A stretch of DNA of 64,000 bases from Pholidichthys leucotaenia (lineage: Eukaryota): contig CM035838.1 of the NCBI GenBank assembly GCA_020510985.1, positions 342,451,700-342,515,699 on the forward strand, written 5' to 3'. Each line of letters starts with the position of its first letter. Position 1 is the first letter of the stretch. Shown piece by piece: positions 1 through 14,200 of this stretch. The position numbers were made by a program, and so were the translations under genes. Below the pieces are notes generated by a model that worked only from the letters and a program-made list of their open reading frames with translations, did no database searches and had not been told where the DNA came from.

Positions 1-560
1 GTTTCGCCAGACCATGTGGACCACCAAGTACTTTGTGTGACAATCCAGCGAAGCGATGAATCTGGTCGGGTTTCCTTGTTCTAATCCCTCAGGTACTCCC
101 AGTAGCCAGAGGTTGCATTGTCTTCCTCTGTTCTCCAATTTGTCCACTTTCAGCTGTAGTTTATCGTACTCATTGCTCAACTCTGTGTATCTGTCTCCAT
201 GGTTGCCATGCAAGCATCCTGGCTATTTAGTACATCCTCGTGTTCACGTATTTTCTCCTTACATTCTTCAAGGTCTGTTATAATTGAATCAATAGATCGC
301 TTGATTTCTTCTTGCAGACTGTCAACCTCTTCTTTAATAACCTCTTTAACAATGTCGCGAAAGGCTTGCAATGTGCTTGTATCGATAGCAACCTTGCTAG
401 CAGTAGCTGTAGTTCTGTTAGCCTCCAATTCCGGGATGGTGGGTTGCCCTGCTTTTGTGGCTGATTTTGAAGGCATTTTCACCAAAAGTGTTGACTCTTA
501 TCCGTGGTCATCAAATACGGCTTCTTTTAATCACTTTGTACAAATTATTTAATATTTCTG
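1..560 (-). mobile_element. L1-like LINE ORF1 fragment, running off the window start
   Basis: Reverse-strand translation gives a coiled-coil segment (ORF 177..485) followed by the L1 ORF1 signature 'LENRGRQCNLWLLGVPEG' (compare the consensus LExRSRRNNLRIxGxPE). A frameshift sits near position 180. Confidence 0.5.
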
Positions 561-744
561 AGCAAAAATGTTGGGATCTCATGACTCACACATCTACTCC
601 ATAACGCGCCCCTAGTGGCTCCAACCTCTAGTCCACTTCTGACCTGGGGCGCATGTGGCAAGGCCTGCAACACATCACAGACTGCAAGAGGACCAACAAC
701 AGCACAACAAGCTCCACAGACAGCCTGCCGGACGATCTCAACAT

Positions 745-1256
745 CTTTTACACCCTGTTAAAACCCTGATTCTTTGATTGAGAGGTCACATGTAAAGTAA
801 GCAGTGCTGGGTTCAGTGGGACGCAGCTCCCTCGGGAACATCATCAGACTGACCCCGACTTCCGGGTGTAACTTACATTTGACTTCGTGGGTTGGGCCAA
901 CCCCATACAATAGGATGGACTTGTACGCAACCGTCTGATTGGCCAGTTTAACTCTGACGTGAACATGCCATCCGCTATTCACCTTAACTATCCCCTAAGA
1001 TGTATTATGAAAATGTGTGTGTGTGAGTGTTGATTTGGGTGTGCAACTAATGCAATAGACCTGACTAATAGAATGGAGAAAGAGAAGAGGGCTCTGAGGC
1101 CACGCCTGATTCCTGTTTATCAGATTGTGATTGCTTAACACTTCGATTTGTAGTTTAACACTTTTAACATATTTGTTCATAAGAATGCAAACAAAATATG
1201 TGTAGAGCATAATGGGAGATCACCTACAGAATTATTATTTTGGCACTCTAACTTTT
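745..1256. repeat. Unclassified interspersed repeat (copy 1); second copy at 14543..15095
   Basis: About 510 bp at roughly 85% identity to 14543..15095. Both copies start with 'ttaaaaccc' and end with 'ttttcatgaccctttc'. No coding signal. Confidence 0.55.
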
Positions 1257-2477
1257 CATGACCCTTTCCCATACATGGTGTGAGATACGCTAACGGTCAT
1301 CAGATGGTGAATAAGGTAGGTCCCTACATTGTGTGTCAACCCAGTCAGTCAGCCCAAAGTAGGTTTGCACCATTGGTTCTGGTACCCTTGCTCCTCCCTT
1401 ACGGACACCCTCAGCATGGTGCAGCGATGTCTAAGAGGGCATACCGAGGCAATACGTCTTTGTCCAGATGAACTGCAGCAGCGGCTCCTTGTGAATTCAC
1501 ATAATTGTCCTTGCTCACCAAGTCCTGCACTCCCACCGAGGTCTCCCCCAATCATCATGTGAATAGTTCTTTGTATGGTGGAGTGGATCATGTGGGGGTC
1601 ATAAGGTCGAACAGGTTCAATCCACGAAGCCCATGAAACATTTTGTCCACCAGTTGACCTTTGCCAGGGCTCACATCATTCAGCTGCAGCCATCACATGG
1701 TTACGACAGGGGTTTGACCTTCCTCTGTGTCTGCTTCCTGTATCCACAGCTATGGAGCACAGTCCCATCTCGTAGACATACACCGGTACCATTAGAAGCA
1801 AAACAAATGTGTGCTCTTGCTCTCAGAGGCACATCTCGTTCCATGAGGTTTATAGGTCAGTCGGTGTATAATCAGTGGAAAGTAGACAACATCCAGTCCA
1901 GCCAGTGAACAGTTCAGTGATACTGTCCCAGGAATACCACCTACTGGTGTATAGTCAGTGGACAGAGGTAGAGAGGCTGGTGTTGATGAACCTCGAGCCC
2001 CTGTGCCCACCGTAGCTGCATAGGCCTTGTCTCCCACTGTGAGGGGTAGCGTTGGATCAGAAAATGCTGTCTCCTCCGTATGGCTGATCTGACTGCACCC
2101 CGGGTGCTGGAGGTGCGGTGGGTGTGCATGGGTACCAGTCGCTCCTTCTTCTAGGGACTGAAGTCGTACAGTCACTAGCCCCATGACCTCCTGTTCTACA
2201 TTGCAGGCACATGTCTCCAGGTGGGTGTGATGGTCTGGTGCCCCCCTGTATGCACTTCCCCCGCACCCTACACCTTTGCTGGGGTGTCAACACAAAGGGC
2301 TCGGCCGGGACAGGATCAATAATGGCCTGAGGGGTTGTCACTGCAGAAGCCTGTACTGTTTTATCCTTATTCACTACATCTGTAGTTGACAGTGTACTGT
2401 TGTGTTACTGGTGTAAGTGATCTCCCATTAGCTTATGAGTGTATGGTTGTCGGCTATGTGCAAGCTACCAGCAGTGG

Positions 2478-2576
2478 TTGTGTTGTGATAAGTGAGCTGG
2501 GTAATGAGACCTATGTGTTTAGCAGTGGGTTCGTTGTGATGAGTGAGCTGGGTAATGAGACCTATTTGTTGCAGTG
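2478..2576. repeat. Local tandem duplication (~50 bp x2)
   Basis: 'agtgagctgggtaatgagacctat(g/t)tgtt' occurs twice in direct tandem. Confidence 0.5.
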
Positions 2577-4490
2577 TAAGTAGGTAGCAAACAAAATTGT
2601 TCAAAGTTAGGAGATATCCTTATCCATGCTTGTTGTATTCGTGCCTCTAGAGCGTCTAACCTTCACAATTATCCTGCCTACCTAACCGCAATTAGCATGA
2701 TGTAAATAATAACACAAGAATACTATAAGTTTCACACCCCTACGTGTGTGTGGTAAGCTATGTCGGATTCATGTGTTATCAGTAGCACATTGTGTTTACA
2801 AATAATCCGTAATAGCGCAATGGTTTTCTTCGTCATCATCCTCCATCTTGGGGTCTTCAGCATCTCCTCCTCCGGGCTCAGCAATTGGTTTCTATTAGGA
2901 GGTATGAGATGTGCAAAATTTGCTGATGACTACCACTGTGGAAAATTGCATTTGGAGGTTTAGCTCATTCATCAATATGTGTGATTCTGGCATACAATGA
3001 GCCCAAAGAGTTAGAGCTTCGTTCTGGGCATCTACACATATGGTCTATAGTGTCATACTCGGCTCCTTGTATTAGACCTACATCTGTTTAATCTTTTTAC
3101 CATAACAAATTTTGAATTTGCTGCAAATTTTCTCCTCCCCTCGTTTGTTAATGTTGAGATTGGTCATGTAGGAGATTTCTGGGTGTCAATGTGCACAGCC
3201 TTTTGTGCTGTGGTTACCCAGTTAAGAGACAGTGCATATGGTTCTAATTTAGGAGAATATTCTATCTTAAGGTCAGGTGTTGGCTTTCCATGGATGGCTA
3301 CATTTCCCAGCAGAGGTGACAAAATGTCCAACATTTCCCAATCCATGTGTTTGGGTCTAACCAGGGAGATGTGCGGAACCCCCCATTGGTTAAAATGTCT
3401 CTTATCCTCTTCAACTAGGACAATGGATGCTTCCACACATTTCCTTGTTTACTAGTACAAGTTTTATGACCAATCTGGAGGATGGATTTGCAAAGAACGG
3501 TTGTTCATAATGTTACACCCAGGAGGGGCGAAGGGGAGGAAGGATGATTTGAGCCAAGCTGTTAGACTTTGCAGCGACTGTTTATTGACTTCTCCCAGCT
3601 CACATGGCACGGCACATCACTATACACAGCACATCGCTAGACATCATCTTGTCTCAACACTCGCTCTCTCCGTCTCTCGACGTCTCTCTCGAACATTCTC
3701 GGGAACACTCCTCACTAGAGCGCCTACACTCTTCTTCTATGGTGTTCTCTAACACTACACAGTGTCTTAACATTACTGAGCGCCACCTCTGGCGTAGAAA
3801 CGCTACTACTTCCATTGACAGCTCATATCTAGACAATGCATATTCAGTCCTTTAATACATTCCCTATAAATGCTCCCATTTACTATTAATCATTACTTTA
3901 TAGTCTCTTAGGTACATTTATTAAGAATCTTCACATTTGCCATTAGCATCTAATCCACACTGTTTCTGAGGGTTCACTAGAGGTTATCCAAAATTAACAC
4001 TTTCCTACACTCACCCCTCAAAAAGTTAATGTCGTCCCGACATTACACCTTTCTGAAAACAGTAGTTTTTTTTTTCCTTTTCTTCTGTCAGTTCACATTT
4101 GGTAATCATGCATTACATGTTAAGTAGGGTATCACTACACAGGAGTCAGAGTTCATTAAAGTCTATAAAGATGCCACTGGTAATTGTCCATAGTACAGCA
4201 TGTATCTCCTATTCCATGCAATACATTTGCAGAAGAGGTCTTTGTGCACGATAACCTTCAACCGCTCCATCCATCATGGTGGGTATCTGCATCTTTCCTG
4301 AGAGTAAGGATACTCAATCTAGTCATAGCCTACCAAATAAACCTTTGTGTGATGCCTGTGCCTTCGTAACATACTGCAAGTCTCTTTTTGTGTTTTTAAA
4401 TTTTTTTGTTCTTTTTCAATTTTTTTATCAACCATCACAGTAACTACCAAGTTACTTTTCAAGACATTTATGTCTGACCAATGGTTATCT

Positions 4491-7400
4491 TTAGCTTCTA
4501 CACCTTTTTTCTAGACAGATGAAGTGCAATGAAGTGCTAGGTTGGCCTAACTTATCATAAGTCAATCTCAATGGCTGTTTTCTTATTCTTGAAGGATACG
4601 TTTTAACAGGAATCTCGTCAGGTCCCTCCTGGTCACTGGAACTGGACTCCGACACCTCATCACTCTGGTCCTCGTCTGCCTCAGCTGGATCTGGAACCAC
4701 CGGATCGTCGACCTCTGGTGCCAGCTGCACCTGCGTGACGTCATCTGGGTCCTGGTCCTCATCCTCCGGAGTAGTGTCATCATGCGGGTAGAACTCCGGT
4801 GCATCGGCTCTCAGTGGACGCTGCTCTTGATCCTTCCCAGCTCGTAATCCGATTATGGCATTCCAACCCTCTTCATCTTCATCATCCGCGTTGCTTTGTC
4901 TGTCCACATGCCTTTGTCTTTTAGAGTCTCTTTCTCTCATATTCTTAGAGGCATGCTTCACTGTTTCCATGGGAAGAAAGTCACATGGTAACAAAAGGTT
5001 TCTGTGTATGACCCGAGTGCGTCCCTTGCCAGTTTCAGGTCTGATTTCATATACTGGACTGTCTGGGTACTTCTTTTGGATCACGACATACACCTTGTCC
5101 TCCCAGTATGATCTTAGTTTTCCTGGCCCACCTTTTTCGGTCAAGTTTCGAACCAACACTCTGGATCCAGGGAGTAATTCAGCACCGTGAACCTTTTTAT
5201 CATAAAGTGCTTTACTTCTCATCCCTTCTTTGTTTGCTGTTTTAGAAGCGAGTTTGTAAGCTTCAGTCATTGTAGCTCTCCACTTTTCAGCATAGTCTTG
5301 CTGAGAAACACTCTGCTCTCTTGTTGTGAGACCAAACATCAGATCAATAGGCAACTTTGGACTACGACCAAACAACAGAAAATATGGTGCGTACCCTGTA
5401 GCTTCACTACGCGTACAATTATAGGCATGAACCACTTTTGCCAGAGAGGACTTCCAGTCTTCCTTAGTTGCTTCAGGCAAATTTCTGAGCATTGCCAACA
5501 GTGTACGATTAAATCGTTCCACCTGCCCATTCCCTTGGGGATGGTAGGGCGTTGTTCGGGACCCCTGCACACCACTGTACTCTTGGAGTTTTGCAAAAAG
5601 TTTATTTTGGAACTCTCTTCCCTGATCATGATGGAGTCGTGTGGGGAAGCCAAACTTGAGGGCAAAATCTCCAAAGATCTTCTCAGCAGCGGTGTGCGCA
5701 GCTTTGTTACGACATGGGTAAGCCTGGGCAAAACGAGTAAAATGGTCCATTACAACCAGGATATACTCATATCCTCCTTTGCACTTCTCCAAATGCAGGA
5801 AATCCACTGACACTAATTCAAATGGGTACGTGGTGACAATGTTAGTCAGTGGTGCCCTTGTTATCTTATTGGGACGTTTGTTCTTCAAACAACTGCAAAC
5901 TCTCGTGATGTAGTGCTCCACATCTCTTTGCATATGAGCCCAATAAAAACGCTCTCTTATCAAGTTCATCACTCTCTCTACCCCTAAATGACCCATGTTT
6001 TCATGGAGCTCTTTGAACACGAGTTTGTGAAACTTCTGGGGTAGGAGTAGCTGGTCATGTGTTGCTGTTCTCCTGTAAAGCAGTCCATCATCTTCCAAGT
6101 ACAGCTTGTGCTTTTGCCTGACTAGAGCTGCAATTTTACTGTTGTGCTGCTTTACACTTCTTGGCCATTGTTTTGACAACACGTAGCGCAACACCTCTCC
6201 AATCACGGAGTCTTCTTCTTGAGCTCTTTTTATATCAGTCTTTGATATTTCAGCTATAGAGCTGGCTTCTTGGTCTGCTTCACTAATGAGAGTAGAAATG
6301 GTGACTGGGCAGAGCCATGGTTCATTTTCTTGTGACTTCACCTTGACTGCCTGTGTCACACAATTCATCACATCAGGATCAACATTCTGGGTGCATTTGT
6401 TCATGTACTGCTCCATATCTAGGGGCATACGTGAAAGTCCGTCTGCATCTCCGTTTGCTTTTCCAGGGCGATACTTAATCACAAACTGGAAATCAGCTAG
6501 TTCTGCTACCCACCTCTGTGTGGTTGCATTTAACTTTGCGGTGGTAAGCACATACGTTAGGGGATTATTGTCCGTATAGACAGTGAATGGTGGAGAATAG
6601 TACAGATAATCCCGAAACCTCTCACAGATGGCCCACTTCATGGCAAGAAACTCCAGCTTCCCTGAATGAAGGTGGTAGTTCTTCTCTGAATTTGACAATG
6701 TCCGGGAGCCATATGCTATCATCACCAGTTTGTCTTGTTGTCGCTGGTATAACACCGCCCCAAGCCCCTCCTGTGAAGCGTCACAGTGTAAAATGAAGGG
6801 TTCTTCAAAGTTCGGGTAACCTAACACTGGGGGTTGGGTAAGAAGGTCAACAAGCTGACAAACTACTGCTTGATGCTCTGAGCACCACCTGATCACATGA
6901 GATGAGGGTAAGTGGCCACCATCGTTCTTTTTGACATGTTTCTTTAAGTTTTTCTTTGCTTTGTCTGTGTGGTCTTTAGCCAGAAGGTCGTAAAGAGGCT
7001 TTGCTATACGAGAGAAGTTTGGAATATAGCTACAGTAATATGAAATAAAACCTAGCAGTTTCCTTAGCTCTCCCACAGTGGAAGGTTGCTGCTGTTTGAG
7101 TGTCTGCACTGGGGCAATGTCCGCAGGGTCCATGGTGTAACCCTGTCCTGTTACCATTTTACCAAGAAAACGTACCTGCTGCTTGAATAACTCACATTTC
7201 CGGGGAGTCAACTTCACTCCATGACTTTGATAGCGGTGCAGGACGCTTCTCAGGTCTCGCAAGTGATCTTCAAAAGTCTGTGAATGAACAAGGTTATCAT
7301 CGAGGTAAGGCAGACAAACATCATCTCTCAACCCCCACAAGCACTCCTCCATAGATCTTTGGAATGCTGCTGGTGCTGAGGACAAACCAAATGGAATCCT

Positions 7401-7535
7401 TACCCACTCGAACAAACCCCAGGGAGTGATAAATGCAGTGAGGGGCCTACTCGACTCTTCCAGGAAACCCTGATGATACGCCTTTCCTTGGTCGAGGACT
7501 GAAAACCACACACTCCCACTTAGACTGTTCAGCAT
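4491..7535 (-). CDS. Ty3/Gypsy-type pol polyprotein (RT, RNase H, integrase), 1014 aa, 5'-truncated
   Basis: RT motifs '[10 protein letters not shown]' and 'LPYLDDNLV'. RNase H '[17 protein letters not shown]'. Integrase HHCC zinc finger '[11 protein letters not shown]…[16 protein letters not shown]'. DDE core 'VDFLHLEK…VVMDHFTRF…HHDQGREF'. Confidence 0.85.
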   Translation of the reverse strand: MLNSLSGSVWFSVLDQGKAYHQGFLEESSRPLTAFITPWGLFEWVRIPFGLSSAPAAFQRSMEECLWGLRDDVCLPYLDDNLVHSQTFEDHLRDLRSVLHRYQSHGVKLTPRKCELFKQQVRFLGKMVTGQGYTMDPADIAPVQTLKQQQPSTVGELRKLLGFISYYCSYIPNFSRIAKPLYDLLAKDHTDKAKKNLKKHVKKNDGGHLPSSHVIRWCSEHQAVVCQLVDLLTQPPVLGYPNFEEPFILHCDASQEGLGAVLYQRQQDKLVMIAYGSRTLSNSEKNYHLHSGKLEFLAMKWAICERFRDYLYYSPPFTVYTDNNPLTYVLTTAKLNATTQRWVAELADFQFVIKYRPGKANGDADGLSRMPLDMEQYMNKCTQNVDPDVMNCVTQAVKVKSQENEPWLCPVTISTLISEADQEASSIAEISKTDIKRAQEEDSVIGEVLRYVLSKQWPRSVKQHNSKIAALVRQKHKLYLEDDGLLYRRTATHDQLLLPQKFHKLVFKELHENMGHLGVERVMNLIRERFYWAHMQRDVEHYITRVCSCLKNKRPNKITRAPLTNIVTTYPFELVSVDFLHLEKCKGGYEYILVVMDHFTRFAQAYPCRNKAAHTAAEKIFGDFALKFGFPTRLHHDQGREFQNKLFAKLQEYSGVQGSRTTPYHPQGNGQVERFNRTLLAMLRNLPEATKEDWKSSLAKVVHAYNCTRSEATGYAPYFLLFGRSPKLPIDLMFGLTTREQSVSQQDYAEKWRATMTEAYKLASKTANKEGMRSKALYDKKVHGAELLPGSRVLVRNLTEKGGPGKLRSYWEDKVYVVIQKKYPDSPVYEIRPETGKGRTRVIHRNLLLPCDFLPMETVKHASKNMRERDSKRQRHVDRQSNADDEDEEGWNAIIGLRAGKDQEQRPLRADAPEFYPHDDTTPEDEDQDPDDVTQVQLAPEVDDPVVPDPAEADEDQSDEVSESSSSDQEGPDEIPVKTYPSRIRKQPLRLTYDKLGQPSTSLHFICLEKRCRS

Positions 7536-7553
7536 ATCCTGAATGGGAGGGCA

Positions 7554-8594
7554 GTGAACCAGACACCGATTCCATTCTCAGGGTGGGTCGAAGTCACATT
7601 TAAGCTGCCGACAGTTAGTCGCCCACCGGTGGAACTCCTAGTTCCTGTGCTAGTGGTGAAGGAGGACGGAGTGGCAGAGCCACCTATCATTGGGTTCAAC
7701 GTGATTGACCATGTCCTGACGATGGGCATTAAATCCCCTTGCGCCATCAGTGAAGCTGTTAGCGCAGCCTTCTCATTTGACTGTAAGAAAACAGAGGTGT
7801 TTTTGAAAGTGATGCAAAGTGAGGAGGATAGGCTGGGGGAAGGAATGGTAAAAGTTGGCAGTGAGTTGGTTACCATCCCTGCTGGCCAAACCAAAACAGT
7901 CAAAGGTTGTGTCAGAGCAGTCGCACTTCCAGACACACAAGACGTCTTATTTGAGCCGAGTCAGTACACCCAGTTACCAGAGGGTTTGCAGATGCAAAGT
8001 GGGTTGGTGCAGTTATGGAAAGGGAAGCGATCAATGTTCAAAATACCTATAACAAACAGTACGTCCCGTTTTATCCAGCTGCCCGCTAAAACCATTTTGG
8101 GGGAAACGCAGAGAGTTAAAACTGCTTATCCGGCAGATATTAGACCCCCTGCTGTAAACCAAGCGACCGTCGACCCAACGACGAGTGAGACAGGAAGAAC
8201 TAAAGAGACCGAGATGAACTGTGCTGTCAAAGAGACTATGGACATGTGGGACCCTCCAGTTCCCCTTGATCATCTCTCGCCCATACAGCAAGAGCAAGTA
8301 AAACAGCTACTACGGGAGGAACGGCAAGCGTTTTCCCGTGATGAGTATGATGTAGGGACAATTCCCTCTTTACAGTTGAAGATCCGACTCAAAGATCACG
8401 ATCCTGTCAAAAAGACTTATGTTTCTGTTCCCAAACCACTTCATAAAGAAGTAAAGGAGTATTTAGAAGACCTGCTTAACAGGGGCTGGATCACCAAATC
8501 CAAGTCATCGTATTCCAGTCCAGTTGTCTGTGTGCGAAAGAAAGATGGAGGTCTGCGTTTGTGTTGTGACTTTAGAGAATTGAATTGCCTATAG
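7554..8594 (+). CDS. Gypsy-type protease / RT N-terminal fragment (346 aa), opposite strand to the adjacent pol
   Basis: Ends with the canonical RT start '[23 protein letters not shown]'. Reads on the + strand and abuts the minus-strand pol ORF, which begins about 30 residues further into RT. Confidence 0.7.
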   Translation: MNQTPIPFSGWVEVTFKLPTVSRPPVELLVPVLVVKEDGVAEPPIIGFNVIDHVLTMGIKSPCAISEAVSAAFSFDCKKTEVFLKVMQSEEDRLGEGMVKVGSELVTIPAGQTKTVKGCVRAVALPDTQDVLFEPSQYTQLPEGLQMQSGLVQLWKGKRSMFKIPITNSTSRFIQLPAKTILGETQRVKTAYPADIRPPAVNQATVDPTTSETGRTKETEMNCAVKETMDMWDPPVPLDHLSPIQQEQVKQLLREERQAFSRDEYDVGTIPSLQLKIRLKDHDPVKKTYVSVPKPLHKEVKEYLEDLLNRGWITKSKSSYSSPVVCVRKKDGGLRLCCDFRELNCL

Positions 8595-8789
8595 TATGTG
8601 GGGTACAATGCTACTTTTACAGATGTTGATAGGTATTCTAGTGGTAGCTTGCCATTTGCAGATTTTACTATTACTTTTTCTGACTTTGAAAAGTCCTGTA
8701 TGTCATTACCTGAAATTACTAATTCACATGCACCTGCGTCACACGATTTTAATCGGAGTTCCCTGGACCTCAGACATTACTTCTGGTTA

Positions 8790-10560
8790 ATTCAATTCAA
8801 TTCAATTCAATTCAACTTTGTTTATATAGCGCCATTTCACAACAACAGTCATCTCATAGCACTATCAACTGTAGGGAGGACCCCCACAGTTGCAGAAAGA
8901 CCCCAGCAATCAGGCGATCCCCTGTGAGCAAGCACTTGGCGACGGTGGAGAGGAAAAACTCCCTTTTAACAGGAAGAAACCTCCAGCAGAACCAGGCTCA
9001 GGGAGGGGCAGTCATCTGCTGCGACTGGCTGGGGGGTGAGGGGATAGAGAAGAAGAAAAGAACAGACATGTAGAGAGCAAACAGCACGATGGGGACTCAA
9101 TCTATGGGAGAGAACAAACAAATGTTAATGACCAGCAAAAAAAAAATATTTCATAGAGAGTGAGGAAAGGAGTGAGGCCCAGTGCATTACTGGAGGTCCC
9201 CCGGCTGACTAAACCTATTAGCAGCATAACTAAGGGAGGGTTCAGAAAACACATGATCCCTCCCTAATTGTAGGCTATATCAAAAAGGTAGGTTTTAGCC
9301 CTATTCTTAAAAACAGAGATCGAGTCTGACTCCCGAATCCAGATTGGCAGCTGATTCCACAGGAGAGGAGCTTGATAACTGAAGGCTCTGCCTCCCATTG
9401 TACTTTTGGAGATTCTAGGTATTACAAGTAAACCTGCATTTTGGGAGCGTAGTGCTCTGTTAGGATGATACGGTAGTATCAGATCTTTTAAATAAAAAGG
9501 AGCCTGATTGTTTAGAGCTTTGTAAGTAAGAAGAAGGATTTTAAACTTAATTCTAAACTCTATGGGAAGCCAATGAAGGGAGGCCAGAACCGGAGAGATA
9601 TGATCTCTCTTTCTAGTACCTGTTAAAACTCTTGCTGCAGCATTTTGGATCAGCTGAAGACTTTTTAAAGATGTTTTAGGACAACCTGATAATAAAGAAT
9701 TACAATAATCTAATCTCGAGCTAACAAAAGCGTGGATCAGCTTCTCAGCATCACTCTGAGACAAGATGCTCCTAATCTTGGCAATATTACGCAAATGATA
9801 GAAGGCAGTCTTAGAAACAAATTTAATATGTGAATTGAAGGACAAATCCTGATCAAAAATAACTCCAAGGTTCCTCACAGAGCTATTAAGAGAAAGAGTA
9901 ACTGCATCCAAACTGAAAGTTTGATTTGGAAAGGAATTTCTAAGGTTTTTTGGACCAACAAGAATGACTTCAGTCTTATCTGAATTTAATAGCAGGAAAT
10001 TACAAGTCATCCAAACTTTGATTTCCTTAAGACAGGCTTCTAACTTGGCTAATTGATTAGTATCATCTGGCTTCATTGACAGGTATAATTGTGTGTCATC
10101 TGCATAACAGTGAAAATGTATACAGTGCTTTCTAATAATGTTGCCTAACGGAAGCATATATAAACTAAAAAGAGTAGGGCCAAGCACAGATCCCTGTGGA
10201 ACTCCATGACTAAGCTTTGAGCTGAGAGAAAACTCATCATTTACATGAACAAACTGGAACCTATCAGATAAATAAGATCTAAACCACTGCAACGAAGTTC
10301 CATTAAGTCCAACATAGTGTTCTAATCTATCAAGTAGAATATTATGATCAATAGTATCAAAAGCTGCACTAAGATCTAAAAGGACAAGTACAGAAACTAG
10401 TCCATTATCAGATGCAATGAGGAGGTCGTTAGTGACCTTCGCTAAGGCTGTTTCAGTGCTATGATGGATTCTAAACCCAGATTGAAACTCCTCAAATAAA
10501 CCTAGCACTATTGTTACTATTAGATCAGAGTCAGATAAATGGAAGATGTCTGCTATTTTC
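8790..10560 (-). mobile_element. L2-clade LINE, 5'-truncated
   Basis: RT ORF 9264..10508. The 3' end carries a 'gcgctatataaa'-type motif and a (TTGAA)n tail at 8790..8830, as in teleost L2/Maui elements. Confidence 0.7.
9264..10508 (-). CDS. LINE reverse transcriptase (C-terminal two-thirds), 414 aa
   Basis: '[20 protein letters not shown]', '[13 protein letters not shown]', 'YADDTQLY'. Confidence 0.8.
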   Translation of the reverse strand: MLGLFEEFQSGFRIHHSTETALAKVTNDLLIASDNGLVSVLVLLDLSAAFDTIDHNILLDRLEHYVGLNGTSLQWFRSYLSDRFQFVHVNDEFSLSSKLSHGVPQGSVLGPTLFSLYMLPLGNIIRKHCIHFHCYADDTQLYLSMKPDDTNQLAKLEACLKEIKVWMTCNFLLLNSDKTEVILVGPKNLRNSFPNQTFSLDAVTLSLNSSVRNLGVIFDQDLSFNSHIKFVSKTAFYHLRNIAKIRSILSQSDAEKLIHAFVSSRLDYCNSLLSGCPKTSLKSLQLIQNAAARVLTGTRKRDHISPVLASLHWLPIEFRIKFKILLLTYKALNNQAPFYLKDLILPYHPNRALRSQNAGLLVIPRISKSTMGGRAFSYQAPLLWNQLPIWIRESDSISVFKNRAKTYLFDIAYN

Positions 10561-12879
10561 TAATAATTTAATTTTTTGCTAATTTTCTGTATATGTGTAG
10601 AAGTGAGTCCACTTATCTGTTTTGGTCTTAAGCATGCAGTCCAGTTTTTCTGTAGTTGATGTGGATCATGGTTGCCTCCCCTCCCAGCGGCCGGTCTCGC
10701 CATCACTCAGTTTTCATTGTGGGTGCGTTGGCTCCTCCTGCCCCACTGCTGTCCCCCTCTCCTCCTTTGGGCTTCCTTTGATAAAAAAAAAACAGATTCA
10801 TGGGGAGCCTCAGGCCCCCCGTGTGTCAGCCATTCCATAAGTAAGTGCAGGTTTTCCCTTCAAATTTTGTTTTCCTTTCTTACCTAGATACCCAAAACCA
10901 ATCTGTTAATGTCTTCAAATTTAGTACACTGCCAAACAATATTTACAAGTGATCCAGACCAGCTGAGAGTTTTGTGTAAATAGTTTGCTATTATTCTAAG
11001 CTTAGTTTTCACTAAATAGCTATATTTTATCTGTCTGGTTCAAGTCTAAGAGTTTAATCCTTATAAACTAGATTCCATACCTTGATCTAGGTCATAATTA
11101 ATAATAGTTGAACATTATCATTTCATCTACATCCAAATCATATCAGATGCAAAGGATTCTGAACCTTGTTTTCCCAGTAACACAACGACATGCTGCTCCA
11201 TCATTCTGTAGGACAGTGCTGTGAGAAATGTCTTGTCCTGCTACTTGACCAACTTACATAGGATCAGATGGATATGATTCTGATTTTTATTGCTTGACAT
11301 GAGGTGTGCACCTTGCTTCTAGGTTAGGGTGCAGAGTTGGATGAATAAGGAGAGAAGTAATCCTTATTTCTACATTATATTGTGAATTTTTAGCTAGCGT
11401 AATTTTCCATTGCTTTTTAAACTCAAATTGTTGACGTATGTCATAATGTTCTGCAAAGTGGGGGAGTCTCAGGTCAGTGCAGTATAAGTCTTGGAAGTAG
11501 ATCACGGTGCCCAACTACCGGTGGCGGTAGTTTTAGGCGCCAGTTATGCAATCCTTAATTCTCGTGAACACGTGCTGACTATAGCTGATTCATGAATACT
11601 GTTTATGCACACTTAGAGAACATATGAATATCTTGCTGAATCGAATGGCTTGTTAGTACTAACACAGCTTCCTGGCAAAATACATATGGCTTACGCAGAC
11701 CAACACTAAAATGTTCATGAATATGATTCAGTATTTGAGACGCTATCAGAAGGTGAATGGAAAGTAGCAATATAATTTATTTTACGTATGATCAGCTGAT
11801 CATCTATGGTCCATCTTTCGATGTCCCTTTGTTTTACATTCTTTTACTGTAGACACGGAGGGAGGAGGGGGTCGTTAGGCAATGGCGTGGAGAGGGAGGG
11901 TGGACACAGCCAATTCCAGCGGGCCTGAAGAGGAACTCACACGGCCGCTGGGGTAGGGAGGTGATCCACAGCCACCACCATCGTCTCAGATTAGTAGAGA
12001 AACAGACAAGACATTAAACAGCGTCTTTTTGTCCTTTTTTCCGTTTTTATCGTGTTTATTAATTAGTTGGCTTTTGTTCTCACCGTTGCAGCATAAGTCT
12101 CTTATTCTTATGTTTTTTCTTTCCTTCTTCCAATCGTTTCTCCATACTTTTCTCTTGTATCCTGCACAAAACTTAAACAATTCATCAGCCTTCAATTTTT
12201 CTCTAAAATCAAACTTCCTTTTCCATTTTCTGGGGTGGTGTATTTAGCGTGGAATACCTGGCCCCTGTGTCGACCATGCACATGTAATCTCGACCATCCA
12301 CTGTCAGTTTTACTAGGGGTTTGAGAAATAGATCTGTGGGACACAGAGCCACCTGCAATCATTCCTCTTTCCTGCATTTGTTTCACCCATCTGACAAATG
12401 TTTCTCTTCCTTTCTTTTGATCAGCGTCCGGCACTTTTGTCAACCATTTAGCCATTGTCTGAGATAATATCGCCCCCAGGGAGCTGGGTTTACAGGCCTG
12501 CCATTGTTCCATTGTTCCTCGCCACATTTCATACAGGTATTACTCGTACCCCCTTTGTTGCTACCGAGTGACGTATTGTCCGTGTGTCTAGACCCTAACA
12601 GGAAGCTCCTACACAAAAGCTAGCTTTCTGTGCGCCTGTTAGCTGGGACTTGAAGCCAGTCTTAACACACGTTTTAACCCAGAACAACAGTGGTACCGTA
12701 CCTGCTTACACTCCTGCTACTCTAATCCACCCCCCGGTCTTCACACTTTCACTCAAAATCGGCCTTGCTGTATGTAATTCCTAATCAGTCTTGACTGCTT
12801 GGTACACATACAGGAATACAGTAAAATATCAAGTGAGTGATGAACCACCCCACATTTCATGAAAACACTAAACTTGTCC

Positions 12880-13030
12880 CTGTGTCCTCATGCCGCCATC
12901 AGTGTGTGAATGTGTGTGTGAATGGGTGGATAGCAGGATCTGTAAAGTGCTTTGGTCATCTAGAGATGAGAATAAAAGTGCTATAGAAGTGACTGCCATT
13001 TACTGTTTACCATAAAGGAGGCAAGCTCTC
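12880..13030 (+). repeat. SINE-like fragment with an L2-type tail motif
   Basis: 'gccgccatcagtgtgtgaatgtgtgtgtgaatgggtgg…ctgtaaagtgctttgg…aagtgctatagaagtgactgccatttac' resembles the common teleost SINE 3' domain. Confidence 0.35.
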
Positions 13031-13859
13031 TCATGCAGCAACAGGTCAACCTCTTTTATTTTTCCTTATTTTTCCTTTTTTCTTCATTTAAATGACCCCA
13101 CTTTTATATATTCTCCACCTAGGATTTTCTACCGATTTATGAAAGAATGCACTTCCTATAGTTGTCCACAAGATGGAGGCACTGTACTCAAGGAGGAGAA
13201 GATACAGTGACGTTGCTTGAAGGCGTTCCAAGATGGCGTTTACCTGCACATGCGCACTGAATGCCACGTGGCCGCCTCTGCCATGTGCAATGTGGACGCA
13301 CAATATAACCACAAAGTCCATTGTCCACAAGCCACGACTTGTTTTTCAATGAAACTGGAGCACTGCCTCCTTAATTCAGCTGTAAACATGCAAGAATAAC
13401 CTTACAACTTTAATTTAGCAATCCATTTTAATACTGTTACCTCAAATAATCTCCTCTCAGTAACCTTTATCATGTTTTAGACAATCTCTCAGCTCCAAAA
13501 GAGTTGGGGGTGAATTACCCCCTCCATTGTGAAAAAAACACGGTGAGAAGAGTGCCGTTTAAGTTAAATCATACTATGGGAAAAGGTTAGTAGATATTTC
13601 CAGCCCCCGTTATTTCTCAAACCACATATTTATCCCCTCAAGACACAGAATTAACGCAGACATCAGCATGCACAATGTGGACAATACAAACAAAGGTTAT
13701 TGTGTGTCCTTCCCTGCCACAAATTTGCATGTACTCTTTTTCTCTTTGCTCTAACTTTTATGTAGAGGGTACTTTCATCGAGCCTCATCAGGTCATTGAT
13801 ACAAGAGGTATCTTATCATAAAGTTCAGTCTTATACTGATTTTAACAAGCTATCTTTAT

Positions 13860-14200
13860 TGCTGTGTACAGTCACTCACTAATGATGGTTAAAAGATTCT
13901 TGTGTTGTACCGTAAATCATCATTATTTTTATTATTATGGACAGTCGCTCACTAATGATGGTTAAAAGATTCTCACTCTGTGCCTTAAATTATTACTATT
14001 TTTATTTTTACTTAGTGATGTTATTTAAGGTTTTGCATTAGAATTAATTCTTTTACTCACTCATGGATCAAATTTGAGATCTTGTATTGCTACATTTCTC
14101 ACTCACTGATTAAGTTTGAGATTCTTATAATGTATTAGAGTACCTTATTTATGCTCACTATTGATGTAAAAAAGATTCTCGCACTGCAAATCTTCCTTAT
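13860..14200. repeat. Degenerate minisatellite (~60-bp unit)
   Basis: Repeated 'ctcactaatgatggttaaaagattct…' units with variants. Confidence 0.4.

Noticed and set aside
3600-3760. CT-rich 'ctctctccgtctctcgacgtctctctcg' stretch with overlapping ORFs
   Set aside because: Low-complexity sequence. The ORFs are compositional artefacts.
12192-12527. 111-aa minus-strand ORF ('…KTDSGWSRLHVHGRHRGQV…') as a possible retropepsin/gag remnant
   Set aside because: The 'DSG' occurrence lacks the surrounding protease context. There are no flanking LTRs, and the composition looks random. Evidence is insufficient.
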